NCBI RefSeq assembly: GCF_047300965.1
Contig: NZ_CP178597.1
Origin: Escherichia coli
GTDB taxonomy: Bacteria; Pseudomonadota; Gammaproteobacteria; Enterobacterales; Enterobacteriaceae
Direction: 5' to 3' (one strand)
Length of the DNA stretch: 32,000 nucleotides
Shown: piece after piece, positions 29,825 to 32,000 of the stretch
Numbering within the stretch: the stretch's first letter is position 1
Layout: each line of letters opens with the position of its first letter
The notes under the pieces: model-generated
What the model was told of the DNA's origin: nothing
What the model saw: the letters and a program-made list of their open reading frames with translations, nothing else
Databases searched by the model: none
Program-made: the position numbers and the translations under genes

Positions 29825-31861
29825 ATGGATACGCCACGCCCACAATTACCAGATTTTCAGTTTCATCAGAATAACGACAGTTTTACCCTACATTTTCAAC
29901 AGCGTCTTATTTTAACCCATAGCAAAGATAATCCTTGTTTATGGATTGGTTCAGGTATTGCGGATATCGATATGTTCCGCGGCAATTTCAGCATTAAAGA
30001 TAAACTACAGGAGAAAATTGCGCTTACCGACGCCATCGTCAGCCAGTCGCCGGATGGTTGGTTAATCCATTTCAGCCGTGGTTCTGACATTAGCGCCACG
30101 CTGAATATCTCTGCCGACGATCAGGGCCGTTTATTGCTGGAACTACAAAACGACAACCTTAACCACAACCGTATCTGGCTGCGCCTTGCCGCTCAACCAG
30201 AGGACCATATCTACGGCTGCGGCGAACAGTTTTCCTACTTCGATCTGCGTGGCAAACCGTTCCCGCTATGGACCAGTGAACAAGGCGTTGGTCGCAATAA
30301 ACAAACCTATGTCACCTGGCAGGCCGACTGCAAAGAAAATGCGGGCGGCGACTATTACTGGACTTTCTTCCCACAGCCTACGTTTGTCAGCACGCAGAAG
30401 TATTACTGCCATGTTGATAACAGTTGCTATATGAACTTCGACTTTAGTGCCCCGGAATACCATGAACTGGCGCTGTGGGAAGACAAAGCAACGCTGCGTT
30501 TTGAATGTGCTGACACATACATCTCCCTGCTGGAAAAATTAACCGCCCTGCTGGGACGCCAGCCAGAACTGCCCGACTGGATTTATGACGGAGTAACGCT
30601 CGGTATTCAGGGCGGGACGGAAGTGTGCCAGAAGAAACTGGACACCATGCGTAACGCGGGCGTGAAGGTCAACGGCATCTGGGCGCAGGACTGGTCCGGT
30701 ATTCGTATGACCTCTTTTGGCAAACGAGTGATGTGGAACTGGAAGTGGAACAGCGAAAACTACCCGCAACTGGACTCACGTATTAAGCAGTGGAACAAAG
30801 AGGGCGTGCAGTTCCTGGCCTATATCAACCCGTATGTAGCCAGCGATAAAGATCTCTGCGAAGAGGCGGCAAAGCGCGGTTATCTGGCAAAAGATGTCGC
30901 CGGTGGCGACTATCTGGTGGAGTTTGGCGAGTTCTACGGCGGCGTTGTCGATCTCACTAATCCGGAAGCCTACGCCTGGTTCAAGGACGTGATCAAAAAG
31001 AACATGATTGAACTCGGCTGCGGCGGTTGGATGGCTGACTTCGGCGAGTATCTGCCCACCGACACTTACCTGCATAACGGCGTCAGCGCCGAAATTATGC
31101 ATAACGCCTGGCCTGCGCTGTGGGCGAAATGTAACTACGAAGCCCTTGAAGAAACGGGCAAGCTCGGCGAGATCCTCTTCTTTATGCGCGCCGGTTCTAC
31201 CGGTAGCCAGAAATACTCCACCATGATGTGGGCGGGTGACCAGAACGTGGACTGGAGTCTGGACGATGGCCTGGCGTCGGTTGTCCCGGCGGCGCTATCT
31301 CTGGCAATGACCGGACATGGCCTGCATCACAGCGACATTGGCGGTTATACCACCCTGTTTGAGATGAAGCGCAGCAAAGAGCTGCTGCTGCGCTGGTGCG
31401 ATTTCAGCGCCTTCACGCCGATGATGCGCACCCACGAAGGTAACCGTCCTGGCGACAACTGGCAGTTTGACGGCGACGCGGAAACCATCGCCCATTTCGC
31501 CCGTATGACCACCGTCTTCACCACCCTGAAACCTTACCTGAAAGAGGCCGTCGCGCTGAATGCGAAGTCCGGCCTGCCGGTTATGCGCCCGCTGTTCCTG
31601 CATTACGAAGACGACGCGCAGACCTATTCCCTGAAATATCAGTACCTGTTAGGTCGCGACATTCTGGTTGCTCCGGTACACGAAGAAGGTCGCAGCGACT
31701 GGACGCTCTATCTGCCAGAGGATAACTGGGTCCACGCCTGGACCGGAGAAACCTTCCACGGTGGAGAAATAACTGTTGAAGCGCCCATCGGCAAGCCGCC
31801 GGTCTTTTATCGCGCCGACAGCGAATGGGCTGCACTGTTCGCCTCGTTAAAAAGCATCTAA
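29825..31861 (+). CDS. yihQ: Sulfoquinovosidase (GH31)
   Basis: 678 aa; YGCGEQFSYFDLRGKPFPLWTSEQGVGRN, GGWMADFGEYLP catalytic region, GLHHSDIGGYTTLF. Confidence 0.96.
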   Translation: MDTPRPQLPDFQFHQNNDSFTLHFQQRLILTHSKDNPCLWIGSGIADIDMFRGNFSIKDKLQEKIALTDAIVSQSPDGWLIHFSRGSDISATLNISADDQGRLLLELQNDNLNHNRIWLRLAAQPEDHIYGCGEQFSYFDLRGKPFPLWTSEQGVGRNKQTYVTWQADCKENAGGDYYWTFFPQPTFVSTQKYYCHVDNSCYMNFDFSAPEYHELALWEDKATLRFECADTYISLLEKLTALLGRQPELPDWIYDGVTLGIQGGTEVCQKKLDTMRNAGVKVNGIWAQDWSGIRMTSFGKRVMWNWKWNSENYPQLDSRIKQWNKEGVQFLAYINPYVASDKDLCEEAAKRGYLAKDVAGGDYLVEFGEFYGGVVDLTNPEAYAWFKDVIKKNMIELGCGGWMADFGEYLPTDTYLHNGVSAEIMHNAWPALWAKCNYEALEETGKLGEILFFMRAGSTGSQKYSTMMWAGDQNVDWSLDDGLASVVPAALSLAMTGHGLHHSDIGGYTTLFEMKRSKELLLRWCDFSAFTPMMRTHEGNRPGDNWQFDGDAETIAHFARMTTVFTTLKPYLKEAVALNAKSGLPVMRPLFLHYEDDAQTYSLKYQYLLGRDILVAPVHEEGRSDWTLYLPEDNWVHAWTGETFHGGEITVEAPIGKPPVFYRADSEWAALFASLKSI

Positions 31862-31906
31862 TCACGTCCGCCCGTGGGGAAACTCACGGGCAAATGGAGA
31901 ATAACG

Positions 31907-32000
31907 ATGAGTCACATCACAACGGAAGATCCGGCAACTTTGCGCCTGCCCTTTAAAGAGAAACTCTCTTACGGTATCGGCGATCTGGCCTCTAACATCC
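31907..32000 (+). CDS. yihP: GPH-family (glycoside-pentoside-hexuronide) transporter YihP, truncated by window end
   Basis: MSHITTEDPATLRLPFKEKLSYGIGDLASNI..., conserved GPH N-terminus, expected gene after yihQ. Confidence 0.85.
   Translation, partial: MSHITTEDPATLRLPFKEKLSYGIGDLASNI

Overview
The window is Escherichia coli-type enterobacterial chromosome. From left to right it holds: a partial RafY-like carbohydrate porin gene (-); frvA-frvB-frvX-frvR (+); yiiG (-); fdhD (-) divergent from the selenoprotein operon fdoG-fdoH-fdoI and fdhE (+); an accessory stretch between fdhE and yiiD; yiiD-dtd-yihY-yihX (-); and the sulfoquinovose (sulfoglycolysis) locus yihW/csqR and yihV (-) with yihU-yihT-yihS-yihR-[TauE/SafE-like permease]-yihQ-yihP (+, yihP cut by the window end). 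The accessory stretch carries two orphan ribbon-helix-helix antitoxin-like genes (yiiF, yiiE), a HigB/HigA-like toxin-antitoxin pair, an HSL-type alpha/beta hydrolase with an altered oxyanion motif, and an AT-rich 604-aa orphan with a CKSAKDRT (CX5R) phosphatase signature resembling SopB/IpgD effectors. Most notable: (1) the SopB/IpgD-like orphan; (2) a pair of ~100-bp structured direct repeats, each with the same hairpin and a 14-codon ORF, bracketing the TA + hydrolase module; (3) a shared element about 100-130 bp upstream of yiiF, yiiE and the HigB-like toxin; (4) a TauE/SafE permease placed between yihR and yihQ; (5) recurrent AAAAAGTGAC boxes at both control regions of the sulfoquinovose cluster. 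Gene names come from recognised protein sequences and gene order, not from a database search.
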